A DNA stretch of 64,000 nucleotides from NCBI GenBank assembly GCA_965112735.1, contig OZ218952.1, positions 3,906,001-3,970,000 on the forward strand, written 5' to 3'. The position numbers and the translations under genes were made by a program. This stretch comes from Phaeosaccion multiseriatum. Taxonomy: Eukaryota; Protista; Ochrophyta, other classes. The notes below the pieces were generated by a model. The model was not told the DNA's origin, made no database searches, and saw only the letters and a list, made by a program, of their open reading frames with translations. Of the stretch, positions 25,831 to 36,983 are shown piece after piece; the first letter of the stretch is position 1; each line of letters begins with the position of its first letter.

Positions 25831-26715
25831 ATGGTAAGCGGCTCCTTGTCTATCCGGGAAGTTGCTTGGTGGGCCGGTCTCGCTGCTAGCTGCAAGAAAC
25901 CCTTTCCCCTCTCTCTAATCTGCCCCTCGCCGCTCCCCTGATTTGGCCTCTCTCCGCAGTCTGGCCTTCGGAAGCTGTTGCCATTGGCGGACCGCGTCCT
26001 CGTAAGGAGGTTGGCTCCTGTGACGCAGGTGTGTTGAGGGTGGGCATTGATGGGAGGTGTAGAGGCCGGAAAGAACCATGAACTGTTCCAGAAGCTGCTC
26101 CACCTCCCTCCCCTTCCGCAAGAGAAGATGAACCTTTCGGACCCAGCTCTCTTCCCTCTGGCTTTGGATCGAGCGCGAGCTGGCTCTGTCGCGTCTCCTC
26201 CCTCCCAGCAGGAGCACCTTTGGACTGACCAACTCTGCTCCGCCTTCCTCTCGTTCTCGCTTTCCTCTCCATTGCGCTGACTCCATTCAGACCGCGGGAG
26301 GTATCTACATCCCAGAGACAAATACCTCCAAGAACATGGAAGGTGAGGTGCTGGCGGTGGGCCCAGGCCGAACAACAGAGAGCGGAAGCGTCGTGCCTGT
26401 ATCAGTGTCAGTAGGAGACAAGGTGAGAGAGACGGGCATTTGGGGGGTTCCTATTACTTGCTGCGGACGAGAAGAGCAACCTTTATGCGTCTTGTCCTCT
26501 GTGTAGCCATAGTTGGGATGCATAGAGAAGAGCAAACTTGATGCGTCTTATTCTCTGTGTATCCATGGTTGGGATGCATAAAGTAATGTTCTCCCCTCCG
26601 TGTTGCTGTGTATCAGGTGCTCATGCCGGAGTACGGAGGACAGACTATCAAGGTCGATGGAGAGGAGCTGAGTTTGCTTAGAGATGATGACATCTTGGGC
26701 AAGTGGAAGGACTAG
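25831..26715 (+). CDS. HSP10: 10-kDa chaperonin (mitochondrial-type HSP10/GroES), 100 aa; exons 25831-25833, 25960-26028, 26291-26422, 26617-26715
   Basis: LLPLADRVLV, TAGGIYIPE, GEVLAVGPG, VGDKVLMPEYGG and DDDILG motifs. The first coding exon is only ATG, followed by GTAAG. Confidence 0.96.
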
Positions 26716-27600
26716 AAAGGGGTTATATAGGGCGCGCAGAGAAAGATGAGAGGCCGGGGGTTGAGCATCACACGCGAAGGGCCTATGGTAAAGCCAGGGA
26801 AACCATCGAAAAATGAGGTGGATGGGTGGGTAGGAACGGCCATGTGAGCAGAGGAGAGGGTACAGACAGCACTGCGGGGGTGCAATTTTGTCGGAGAGGG
26901 AGGGGCTGGGGAAGGGTGAAATGAATGCGAGTACGTCGTCGCGTCGCAGTCGAGACGTAGAGCGAAAGGCGGCAGCCAAGGAAGGAGACGGCAGACGGAG
27001 CGAGGAAAGTTTTTGGAGAGGGCAGCGTTGCCCAGCCCTGCGATTTATTGCCCTTCGGGAGGGGCCGAGAGTCTTCGCCTCGCTATCGTGGTCAAAGCAG
27101 CACAGAGAACAGTGGGTGCGGGGCTATATGGAGCCCTGAGTCCTTGAGTTTAGAGGGCAGGGTCAGTCCTCAACAGCCCCCGTGGATAGCGGCTCAATGC
27201 GCTTATTAACCACATTGAGCGAAGATGTGGTGAGCAAATGCTTCGCCGGGATAAGGAGGAGAATAGACAGGAGAAAAAAGCCATATTGAGGAGGGATAAA
27301 AGCCAACGAGCAATAGTCAAGAGTGTTTCTTTCTCTCTTCTCTCATGCACCCTCACACAACGAGGTACTCATTTCTCCGCGTTTGTTCATTTCACTTTGC
27401 GGTAGCGGCGGGCGGACATAGAGATGAGATGAGAGAAGTTCGATCAGTATGTTATTATCTGGTCAAAGAAAATAGCATCCGAACCAAACTTCCTGCACTC
27501 GTCGCCGAGCTGTCAGTCACTATCTTGCGTTGCGTTCGTTGCACTGGCCCCTGCCTCCCCTTAGGGAGGAGAGGAGCGTGGCCAATGGAGCGTAGGTAGC

Positions 27601-28640
27601 CTATGCCTCGTTCTTGGAGCGCAGGATCTCCGAGTCTCCCTCGTCCGTGATGGACAGGACGGAGCAGCGGAAGTACTTTCCGCAGGCCGTGCCGAGGTCG
27701 ATGTTGGAGCCCGAGTAGTGGTGAACGGTGCACTTTGAGAGGAGGGCGTAGTACTCAATCTCGGACTTGCGCAGGGGAGGGCAGTTGTTGGAGATGAGCA
27801 CCTGGGAAGGGGGGAGAACAGAAGAGAGGGAGGAGGTTGAGGGAGGGGGGGGGGAGAGGATAAGAGAGGAGGTGAAAGGCTCGTTCCCTACACTGGGCAG
27901 CCAGCTTCGCTAAGGACGAACACACCATCTTGGCCTTGGAGTTCCTCATGGTCTTGAGGGTCTGCTTGTAGCCCAGAGAGGCCTTGCCGGAGCGCATGAC
28001 CAACTGCAGACGGGAGTTGATGTTCTCCGTCGCCTTCTTCGACTGGATTGTTGTTACAGGTAGGCGCACCAACATCAAGAGGGCGGGGAGTCCAGAGAGG
28101 GAGGGAGAGAGAGGGAGAAAGAGAGATGAATGGTACGGTACATGGGGGCGAAAGGCAGGAAGAGGGTCGAGCAAAGAGAGGGGCCACAGAGGTGATGCAA
28201 AGAAAACTCAGGCATGGCATGGCACCCACATACCAGGCAGGCACTTTGGAGTACGCTGCCGGGTTTTGCCCATCCGCCTGAGGCGCGTTCCCCTCTCCTC
28301 GCTCCCTCTACCACACATCCAGCGGGCGTTTATGCGCCCGAGGGAGGTGAGGTGAGCAAGTGAGAGGGGGGCAAGCGACACTGCAGGGTTCTCCTGGGAC
28401 CTTGAGGCTAACCCCTCCTCACACGGGGCCATCTACACTATCTTCCTCTGTCCAGCTGCCTGCTGCTGCCGTCATCAAACGCCCTCTCATCTTCTCCAGT
28501 AGGAAGTGATGGGGATGGTGGGCTGCCGCCTAATCCCATCTCTCAGTTTCAGCCGCCGCGGCGGCCTCTGGCCGCAGCTGCCGTAAGCTTCACATCTGTA
28601 CCATATCCGACACACTCACTGTCTTCTTTCCTGGCGCCAT
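27601..28640 (-). CDS. RPL30: 60S ribosomal protein L30 (eL30), 112 aa; exons 28640-28620, 28042-27926, 27801-27601
   Basis: [23 protein letters not shown]; [17 protein letters not shown]; [10 protein letters not shown]. Confidence 0.98.
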
Positions 28641-28664
28641 CTCTGGATGTAAGTCCTCCGGGCC
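28633..28664 (-). promoter_or_regulatory. Putative L30e-binding kink-turn overlapping the RPL30 AUG
   Basis: RNA GGCCCG-GA-GGA-cuuaca-UCC-AGA-GA-UGG(C)GCC: C-stem GGA/UCC, 3-nt AGA bulge, tandem G.A pairs and an NC stem. The layout is the same as the yeast RPL30 K-turn (ACCGGAG.../...CAGAGAUGG). Confidence 0.75.
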
Positions 28665-30464
28665 GCAAAGCTAAGAAGATAATTGACTGAAGCCACTCAT
28701 CAGGCTGGAGGCGCTGAAATTTCATAGGCCTACGGAGGCCTCCCTATTAGCCCAGGGGGGCCGTGCACACGGCGAGTGGTGAGCGCAGCGAGGCATTTCG
28801 AGTGTGTTAGTTCACTTGAGGGATCAAGGTAAGGTGTGGCTTTGGTGCACAAGTGAGGTGGTTGCTGTGGAGAGTACTTGCTGTGTGTGTGCTGTCAGGT
28901 TTTGATCTTGTACAGATAGGAATTAATGGAGGGGGGGAGGGGGTCCACCTCGATGGGATTGAGAGACAGGAGAAGCAGCGCTGTGACATGAGGAGTGAGA
29001 GACCAGGAAACCTGGCTTACTAAGGAGAGCTGGCTTTTTGCAGCAGCATTACAACGAATGCCAGAGGGTAGAGGCAGCAGCAGAGGAGGAGGAGACGGAG
29101 GAGGAGGAGGAGGAGGAGGAGGGATGAGGAGGAAGGATGGAGCACAATGGGCACTTGATCCCCCTGACTTGAAGAGTATGGCAATGCGTATCGGCAGTGT
29201 GCAAAGCAATGCTTGAACCACGGCAGCAGCAGGAGCCGCCGCAGGACCGCACGCAGCTGAGGGGGATGGATGAAGGAGGCGTCCGGCGAGTGGGTCCTTC
29301 TTCAGATTATAACACATCTGGCAAGTGGACGTCACGTGGCGCTGCAGTGTTGATGGAAGGAAGGCACGATGGTGGGCCTCTGGCCTGATCTTCCGTCATC
29401 AGCAAAGCTGTCTGGAGGATTACAAGAGGAGGAGGAGGCGGGGGGGGGGCAGGCCAAGGTATGCCATAGAGGGCGTCGTACACAGGGAGCAGGTATGCTT
29501 CCCGTCCCTCCGGTATACGTTCTTTCGACTTCCTGCGGTGCGAAAGAGGTGGGGGTGGAGGGGCTGGTGAAGGCACAGCGGCGTCGATCACGTGGATGAA
29601 TGGTGGTACCGGTGTTGGTCCCGTTCACAGGGCAATGTCACTACCACTGCTTCTGCTATTGCGGCTGCTATATCAGCAGTAGTGGTAGGAGGGGGAAGAA
29701 GGGGCGTGCTGGGGGGACTGCTGCCTGTGGCAAGGCATCTTGCTTCCCTTCAAGGCCTCCGAAAAGGAAAGAGCCGGGTGGGAGGTAGTGCAGCTCACCC
29801 TTCCAGGAGGTTTTTTATGCTGATTTCTCTCGTCTCAGGGACGCAGCAGGGAAAGGCCGTCCAAGGAGTCCTGAGACATTACCTCCCCCCCGTTCTGGCC
29901 TGCTGAACTGGTCTGTTCTGCTCCCGGGTACGGGTGCCGTTCAGTGGGTGGACGCGCTGATGGGGTTTTGGGGCCTTATCTTATGCCCGTACCCACACAC
30001 GTGTAGATGATGACGTGGTTGGTTGCTCTCCAAACTCCTTCTGCCTGTGGAAGTCGGGGGGCTTCGTGTATGGAAAGGCAGACGGTGTCGCCGTCTGCGA
30101 GCAGAGCAGCCAGCAGTGAAGGGGGGCGACATGATTTTGAGGTCGGACAGCTCCTCAGCCCTCCAGCACATCCAAATGATAGAGAAGGACTGCCCCTCAC
30201 TCGGCGGACAGGACACGAGGAGCGAGTCGGGTGCCGAGCAGTAACGGGACCTTTCTCTTTTTAGCCAAGCCCCGTGTCTTTGTTTGGTCCTGCGTTGTCT
30301 ACCTGCTTGGGTGTTAAATTTGATTCTCCCAATTATCATGAGCTCACTTCTCCTACACTCCACTCCCCCCCGCCTTCGCCTTGTGCATGCTGTTGCCTAT
30401 ACGCTCTCCCCACACCTCCTCTGCCTGGCCCTATGTGACTGTTTATGACCCACCCATCAACAGG

Positions 30465-31816
30465 ATGCCTGGCATGCATCAGTACCAGGTGGTGGGTCGC
30501 AAGGCCCCCACTGAGGCAGACACCAACCCCCCTGCGTACCGCATCAAGCTGTTCGCGGCCAACAAGGTGACGGCCACGTCCCGATTCTGGTACCTCATGC
30601 ACCAGATGAGGAAGATGAAGAAGACCACCGGAGAGATTCTTGACATCAACGAGGTGAGGGAGGCAGAGGAAGAGAGGCACGTTACCGCTTAATTGCTCGC
30701 TCACGGAAAGGAATGAGGGAAGGATTAGAGGAGGGGGAGAGATGATAGGCATGCATGTGTGGGCGCGGCCGTGTGAGGACCGGAGATGGGGCTGGATGGG
30801 TGGGTGGGTGGGTGGGTGGGTGGTCGGCGAAGAGGGAGAGGGGAGCGAGGTCACAAGGAATGCCCCCCCCCCGCGTCGCATCACCACCTTTGGTGCTATC
30901 GCTCCCTTCTTCTCCATCTCAACCCCCCACCCCCCCCCCAAATGTCTGGTGCCTGCTCCTCCGTCCTTCCCCCTCCCCCTCCCCTACGCAGATCACGGAG
31001 AAGAACTCGTCCATCGTGAACTTCTACGGCATCTGGCTGCGGTACGACTCCCGCTCCGGCACGCACAACATGTACCGCGAGTACAGGGACCTCACCCTGT
31101 GCGGCGCCGTCGACCAAATGTGTAAGTCATTCAAGTCGTTTGGTGTGTGTGTGTGTGTGTGATTTAGGAGTGAGAAGTGTGTCTGACTTCATGCGCTTCA
31201 TTCCCGGCGTCGAGTTCCTTACCATCCACACACACACACACACACACTCCACCCGCACTTACGCTGCCCCACAGACTCCGAGATGGCCGGGCGACACAGG
31301 TGCCGCCCCCGCTCCATCCAGATCATCCGCACTGGCATCCTGGAGGCCAAGGACGTCAAGAGGATCAACATGCTGCAGTTCAAGGTGAGTTGGACGAGGA
31401 GTGCTGCGAGGAGTGATGAACCTCACTGACACCACCACCAAGGGTTTTGTTGTCTTGAGAGGTATTTCTCTTTGTGCAGTAGGGGAAGGGTAATTTCTGC
31501 AGAGAGTCAGGTGGGATGATGGAGCCGTAGCATTGCCTACCAAGGACTTGTCACTCACGGGCAGGCCATGCCCCTCTTCGCTTGTGCTGCTTCGCTTCGC
31601 CCTCCCGCCTGTTCGCTCGTTTGCTTGCACCCTTCCTTCCTCACCCCCCTCCCCCCCCCCTCTCGCTCTCTTTTGTCTGTCCTCGCCTCTCAATGGCCTC
31701 GCACCCCACAGAACTCCAAGATCAGGTTCCCCCTTACCCACCGAATCCCCCGTGCCGCCCACAAGAAGCACCGCACCACCTACAAGGCCAACCGACCCAC
31801 CACCCACCTGGGTTAG
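30465..31816 (+). CDS. RPL18A: 60S ribosomal protein L18a (eL20), 177 aa; exons 30465-30653, 30992-31121, 31275-31384, 31712-31816
   Basis: [50 protein letters not shown] and YKANRP motifs. Confidence 0.98.
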
Positions 31817-32660
31817 AGCGGCGCACAGGCGGCGCACAGATGCCCCATGTACCTTACTGGGGACCTGCAACAACTGCAGCAGTCTGCGCTTTCCCTTCCT
31901 CTTTCCCTTCCATCTCTGGCAGTAGCAGCGGTCGCAGTAGTTGCGTCAGCGGTGATCAGCAGTGATGTGGTCTCTTGCTTACGCTTGAGGCTCGTGGGTT
32001 GGACGGTCCGTTGCGTATGGCGAGGGGCGGGGGTTGTGTGGTCTCTAAATGTGATGGATAATAACACCTCGAACGAACAAACGTGGGCACGCACGCGCAG
32101 CTTACAGATAGCGCGCAGCTTATTTCTTGAAATCGCGCTATCTGGCGTCCATCGCCGTAGCTGACAGCGTACCCACCGCCTACTAGCTGCTGGTCTGTCG
32201 GGCTGCAAATACTTTGATCGACGGCGACGAAGAGCAAGAGAGTGAGGGCGTTATCGCTCTCTGAAACATGTCGAGGATTGGGCGAGATGCGGTGATAGAA
32301 CAATCCATTCTAAGAGACGCCCACAACGACCCGACCCCCCCCCCTTCCCCCTTCCACCCCAAACTACTGTTTTGGCGAGTTTGAACATGCGCATCGTGTT
32401 GAGACAAATCGAATGACTCCTGCAACCTCTAAAAAGTTCAGTTCTATGGCCCTGCAGCCACAGTGGAGGCCTAACAAACTGAAACTCCTGTTCCTTACGT
32501 AAGGGCCATGCGGGTCTTACGTAACGGTGTCTTGCAAAGGGAACTGCACTACGCCAATCGCCTTTTAGCGGTCTCGGAGATATCACTTTCTTTTTTTAAT
32601 TTTTTTTTTAATTTGCTTCCTTCTACGCTCTACCCCCCTCCTTCCACTCCACCCCCAAGC

Positions 32661-32807
32661 TCACAGCGAAGTCCGCCTGAGTGCCCTCTCCTCCCTTCCC
32701 CCCGACCCCTGCACTCCAAAGGGCGGGCCATCACCCCCCCTGTGCAGTATAGACTGCGGCTGCAGCGACTGGCGCTGCATGGGCTGCCCCCCCTCCTCCT
32801 CCCCCTG

Positions 32808-32848
<41 letters not shown>

Positions 32849-34546
32849 TGCCCCCCCCAAACAGACTGGCCGCCCCCCCCGCCCACCCCCTGCCCGAGCT
32901 GCCGCCCCCCCCCCTCTCCTCCTCATCCGTGCCCTCATCCATGTCCGCGTCGCCATCCTCATCTGTCCTCCCTCCCCCCACACCCTCCTCCCCTCCTCCT
33001 CCTCCCCCTCCCACAGGGCCAACAGGGCTGAGATCGACGCCCTGCCTCCTCGCCCACCTCATCCTCTCTTCCGCCTTCGCATCAATCGGGCTGAGTGGCT
33101 CTCTGCGGTAGGTAATGTAGAGCTCCTCGTTGTTGCATGTAAAGGACGCGTACTTGACATTCTGGTGATCCGGAGGGCCCTTCACTGCAACCAACACGTC
33201 CACCACCACCACATGCACGTTGGGGCAGTGATAGAGCTCTGGACAAATGTCCAGCATGGAGGGAACGGCAAGACTCACCAACGCCTCCCCCGCGCCCATC
33301 CTGTGTATAAGCGCACGGCCGCCGTAAGTCACCTCACGTTTGCCGACGCTAAAGTGTACCACCAATTGACCCTCCATGAGAGACTTTAGCACGCCGTTGT
33401 CCCCTAGGAACAGCAGCCTGCCCCTCTCAAGGCCGTCGAAGGGGCAGCTCAGAGTGGAGGTGTAGCACTTGACGCCGCAGGTCCCGCTCGGAACCACCCC
33501 TCCCCCCTCCACCCCTCCCCTTTCTCCTGCCGCCGGGCCTCCCACTGCCCCCACGGCTGCAAACGCGGCGGCTCCCGCTGCCGTATCACCAACTGCTGCT
33601 GTTGCTGCTGTTGCCGCCGCCGCTCCTCCTCCTCCTCCTCCTCCTCCTCCTCTCTCCTCCACTGCCAGCTCCCCTGGCCCAAGCACCTCCGACATGGTCG
33701 CGCCACCCCCCACCTCCGAAAGCACTCGACCCATGTTGCTAAGCTTGGAACTCAAATTGGAGAGCCCACTCATGTTGCTCGTGCTCATATTCGCGCTCAT
33801 GCTCGACCCCACTCGCTGCCCCGCTGGCCCCGACTCCGTCAGCATATCGCCCCACAACGTCGACGAAACGGAGCTCTCCTTCTTGCTGGGATTCAGGCCC
33901 ACTAGTACCTCCGCTGCCTCCTCCCCTGGGTCAACGTCTGCCCCCTCCCCTGGGTCAACGTCCAAGTCGTCATCCAAGTCGAGTCCTACCTGCCTCTCCA
34001 ATTGAGCCTGGAAGGAGTTTTGAGCGAGCAGCCGAACCGCGGGAGGGGGAGGCTCGAGGATCTCCTGCGGTGTTTCTCCCCTCCTGATGTTGGCGTTGTC
34101 TTGGTTTCCCCTTTTACTCAAGGGATTATATGACAGCTGCTGCTGCTGCCCCTGCTGCTGCCCCTGCTGCTGCCATCCGCTACCATCCAGGCAGCCACTG
34201 CTGTCAGGATACTCGTCCCCAGACGCATCGGGTCCGCCAACCCCCATGCCCCTAGAAGTGGGTCCAATGGCAGGATCAGAAGGGGGTTGTTGTGGTGCAG
34301 GAGGCGTCTTGTGGTGCCTCTTGATATTGCTCTTCCTGCCCCGCGGCAGTTCGACGGGCACAGCCTCGATGCGGGCCGAAGGGAACTCCCCCTTGAGGAG
34401 GAAGCAGGGCCCCTCGCTCGGCTGGGGGCCCTTGAACTTGACCTTAATCTCCATGGCACCGTCACCCTCTGCGGCGGGCTCCAGCTCGCACTCCAGAATG
34501 GTGGTGTACTTTGTCTTGAACTTCATCTCCAGGTCCGAGGCAGTCA
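32661..34546 (-). CDS. Hypothetical protein: long terminal exon (~628 codons) with two globular-looking segments separated by a low-complexity linker; upstream exon(s) unresolved
   Basis: 628-aa ORF with coding-like codon use. An AAG acceptor at 34549-34547 follows a CA/pyrimidine tract. No family recognised. Confidence 0.65.
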
Positions 34547-35539
34547 CTTGTGTGTTGCAGTGCAGCAGTGGGAGACAGGGACAGGGAGGAAAGGGGTGCG
34601 TGGGTCATCGAGTCATCGGATTGGGTAGGCAACAACCTCTCTCTCTTGTTCTCTCTACCCCGGAACGCGAAGCCGCCCGCCCCTCGCCATGCGCGCCCCC
34701 CCCCCCCCCCAGGCTTGGTTCGACTCGACTCGCGGCCGATATTGAAGCACGAAAAAAGTGCTCTGTCGACGCTCTCCCACCATCCACGCACGTCACGTCT
34801 TTCTCACGCCCAGATACAGCCCTATTATTATTTCCCTCACGCTCACTCACCATTCTGTGCGGCTCCGGCCAAGTCATGCACGCGGAACAGCCAGCACCGC
34901 TGCTTCTTGGTCCCCTTATTCGACGCCATCCCCGCCCCTCCCTTGTCCCATGCTGCGGCGCCAGCCATGTGTGTGTGTGTGTGTGTGTCGCTGGGTGTCG
35001 CGCCTCGCACAAAGGCACTCTTTGTGTGAGCCTTTGTGTGAGCCTTGAACAATCCACAGCCTCCCGAATCTCTCTCTCTCTCTCTCTTTTAACTATTCAA
35101 AAGTCTTGACGGAGAAAGAAAAGACGTGCGCTCAGTCAAGAGGAGGCCGCGGCGTCCGAGCGTGGCCCAGATCGATCAACAGCTCTGGCGTCTCGTGTTT
35201 TTGTTTTTGCGTGCTCGCCGTTGACATGCTTGGCCTTCCGGTTTCTACGTGCTGTGCCAGGAATCAGTGATGGGGTTGTGAGGAGGCAATTTTTTTGCGG
35301 AAACCGGCCTTCCCGCCAAAGAGAGATAACTGGGTGAACGGACAGCTAATCGGTTTTGCTGCTAACTCTGAAGGATACAGGTTGTTTGAGGTTCCGATGG
35401 CTTTATTGTGCCTCCCTTACCTATGGCTACTCTGGACGCTGAGCAGAAATTCACACGCACCTCTGGAAAGTGGAAAAAGGGGGGGGGGGGGGCGAGGGGG
35501 GGCCAATTTTCCCAGCGGACAGACACCCAATTCCCTTAC

Positions 35540-35602
35540 GTGCCGTACTTATGTATGGATGTGACGTACTTACGTAAGTATGCGACGCACTTACGTAAGT
35601 TT
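35540..35602. repeat. Three 21-bp tandem units with a palindromic ACTTACGTAAGT core
   Basis: GTGCCGTACTTATGTATGGAT / GTGACGTACTTACGTAAGTAT / GCGACGCACTTACGTAAGTTT. Confidence 0.85.
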
Positions 35603-35829
35603 CTAAAAGTAATATCTTTTCCAAGTTCCATTCAATTTTGAGTCCCTTAGTAACTTACTCCCGACTTCTAAAGGTGGCAATGTGTTCGTAAGAGGCAGGG
35701 CCAAGACAGGGAGGCAAGTACGGCGCCAGTAGTGGCTAAAGAAGAAAAAGGGGGGGGGGGGGGGTGGGGGGGGTAGGCCCTGTCCGCAAAACGGGTGTGT
35801 CCGCCCACCCAGTTATCTCTCTAAAGGTT

Positions 35830-36480
35830 TGGGGCGATACGTGCGAGGGAGACGCCAGCGGCCACTCCCACAGCAACACCTGCTGTGCCAGAGATCTGTA
35901 CTGCGTTGAAGGGAGCTGCCAGCCATGTATTGAGGAGGGCGAAAGCTGTTCCAGCGTGTGGTAGAGGCTGCTGCGGCTCCCACTCTTCATCCGGTTCGTC
36001 GTCGCTTTCCACCTACTCCGAGACTGAGGGCGAGGAGTCTCACTGGTCCCAGCCGCGAGGGTCCTGCATCGACGCCTCGCGACCGGCAATCTGGTCAACA
36101 ACCAAATGTCTATACGACCTACGGCCTTCTGGACAGGGAGTCTACCATTGGCGTCTTCCAAGCGTCTGCCGGCACCCAAGGCGATGCTTGCGAGGGGGTT
36201 GGTGGCTACAGCTCGTGCGACCGGGAGGCAGGATTGTTCTGCATCGTCGGGGGGGGGGGTGACTGACGTGGAGGGGGCGGTTGGCTGGTGATGCTTGCGA
36301 AGGCGGCGTGGACAACGGCACGTGTGCAGAGAGGCTCGTGTGCGTGGACGGAGAGTGCGAGGAGTGCGGCCAGGAGGGGGAGACATGCAGTGGGCGGTCG
36401 TGGAACTACGGCAACACGTGCTGCCCTCCTCGGGGGCGTAGAGGGGACTTATTCACCTTCTGTGGGTCCGACGGCAGCAA
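35830..36480 (+). pseudogene. Disrupted Cys-rich repeat protein (GxxC-x(n)-CC/C-x-LxCVxGxC modules)
   Basis: GDTCEGD..CCARDLYCVEGSCQPCIEEGESC, GDACEGVGGYSSCDREAGLFC and GDACEGG..CAERLVCVDGECEECGQEGETC fall in different frames, separated by stops or frameshifts. Confidence 0.6.
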
Positions 36481-36983
36481 ACCCCCCCCCCCCCTCCGTT
36501 CTCTTCTTACTCCTCCTTTGGCGGCACGGGTGTGTGCGTCTCCTCCCGGGGCAGCCTCGGTGAGAGATGCGAAGGAAACGAAGACTATAGCACGTGTAAG
36601 AGGCAGCTACTTTGCATCGGGGTCACGTGTCAGGAGTAAGGTAGTGCCAATCGGGGAGCAATGGCGCCTGCCTGTGGGTGGAGATGCTTGGCGGGCGGAG
36701 CGGGGCGTGGAGCGAGCGGAGAGTGTCCAGAGTATGGCCCGCTGCCCACCTGCCCAGCCTCTTCGCATCTTCACCGGCGGCCTTGCGGAGCTTCATCCTC
36801 TCGTCACTGCCTCCTGCTCCTTCTTTCAAGGGGGCCATCATGTCTTGTTCACAGTATCTTTTCTCTGGTCACTGCCCATTGCCCTTTGAAGGGCCGTCAC
36901 TAGTAAGTCACAATCAGTCTTTATCATAATGGTATGCTCGCGACAGCCCCACCTCCCCGTCTGCCCCACCCACCCAAGGGCAA

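Noticed and set aside
26485-26580. ~56-bp imperfect tandem duplication in HSP10 intron 3, and a 27-bp in-frame duplication at 11807-11860
   Set aside because: Both are real but are ordinary local duplications.
28806-28830. U3-like CACTTGAGGGATCA
   Set aside because: The box A'/A context and boxes B, C and D are not identifiable.
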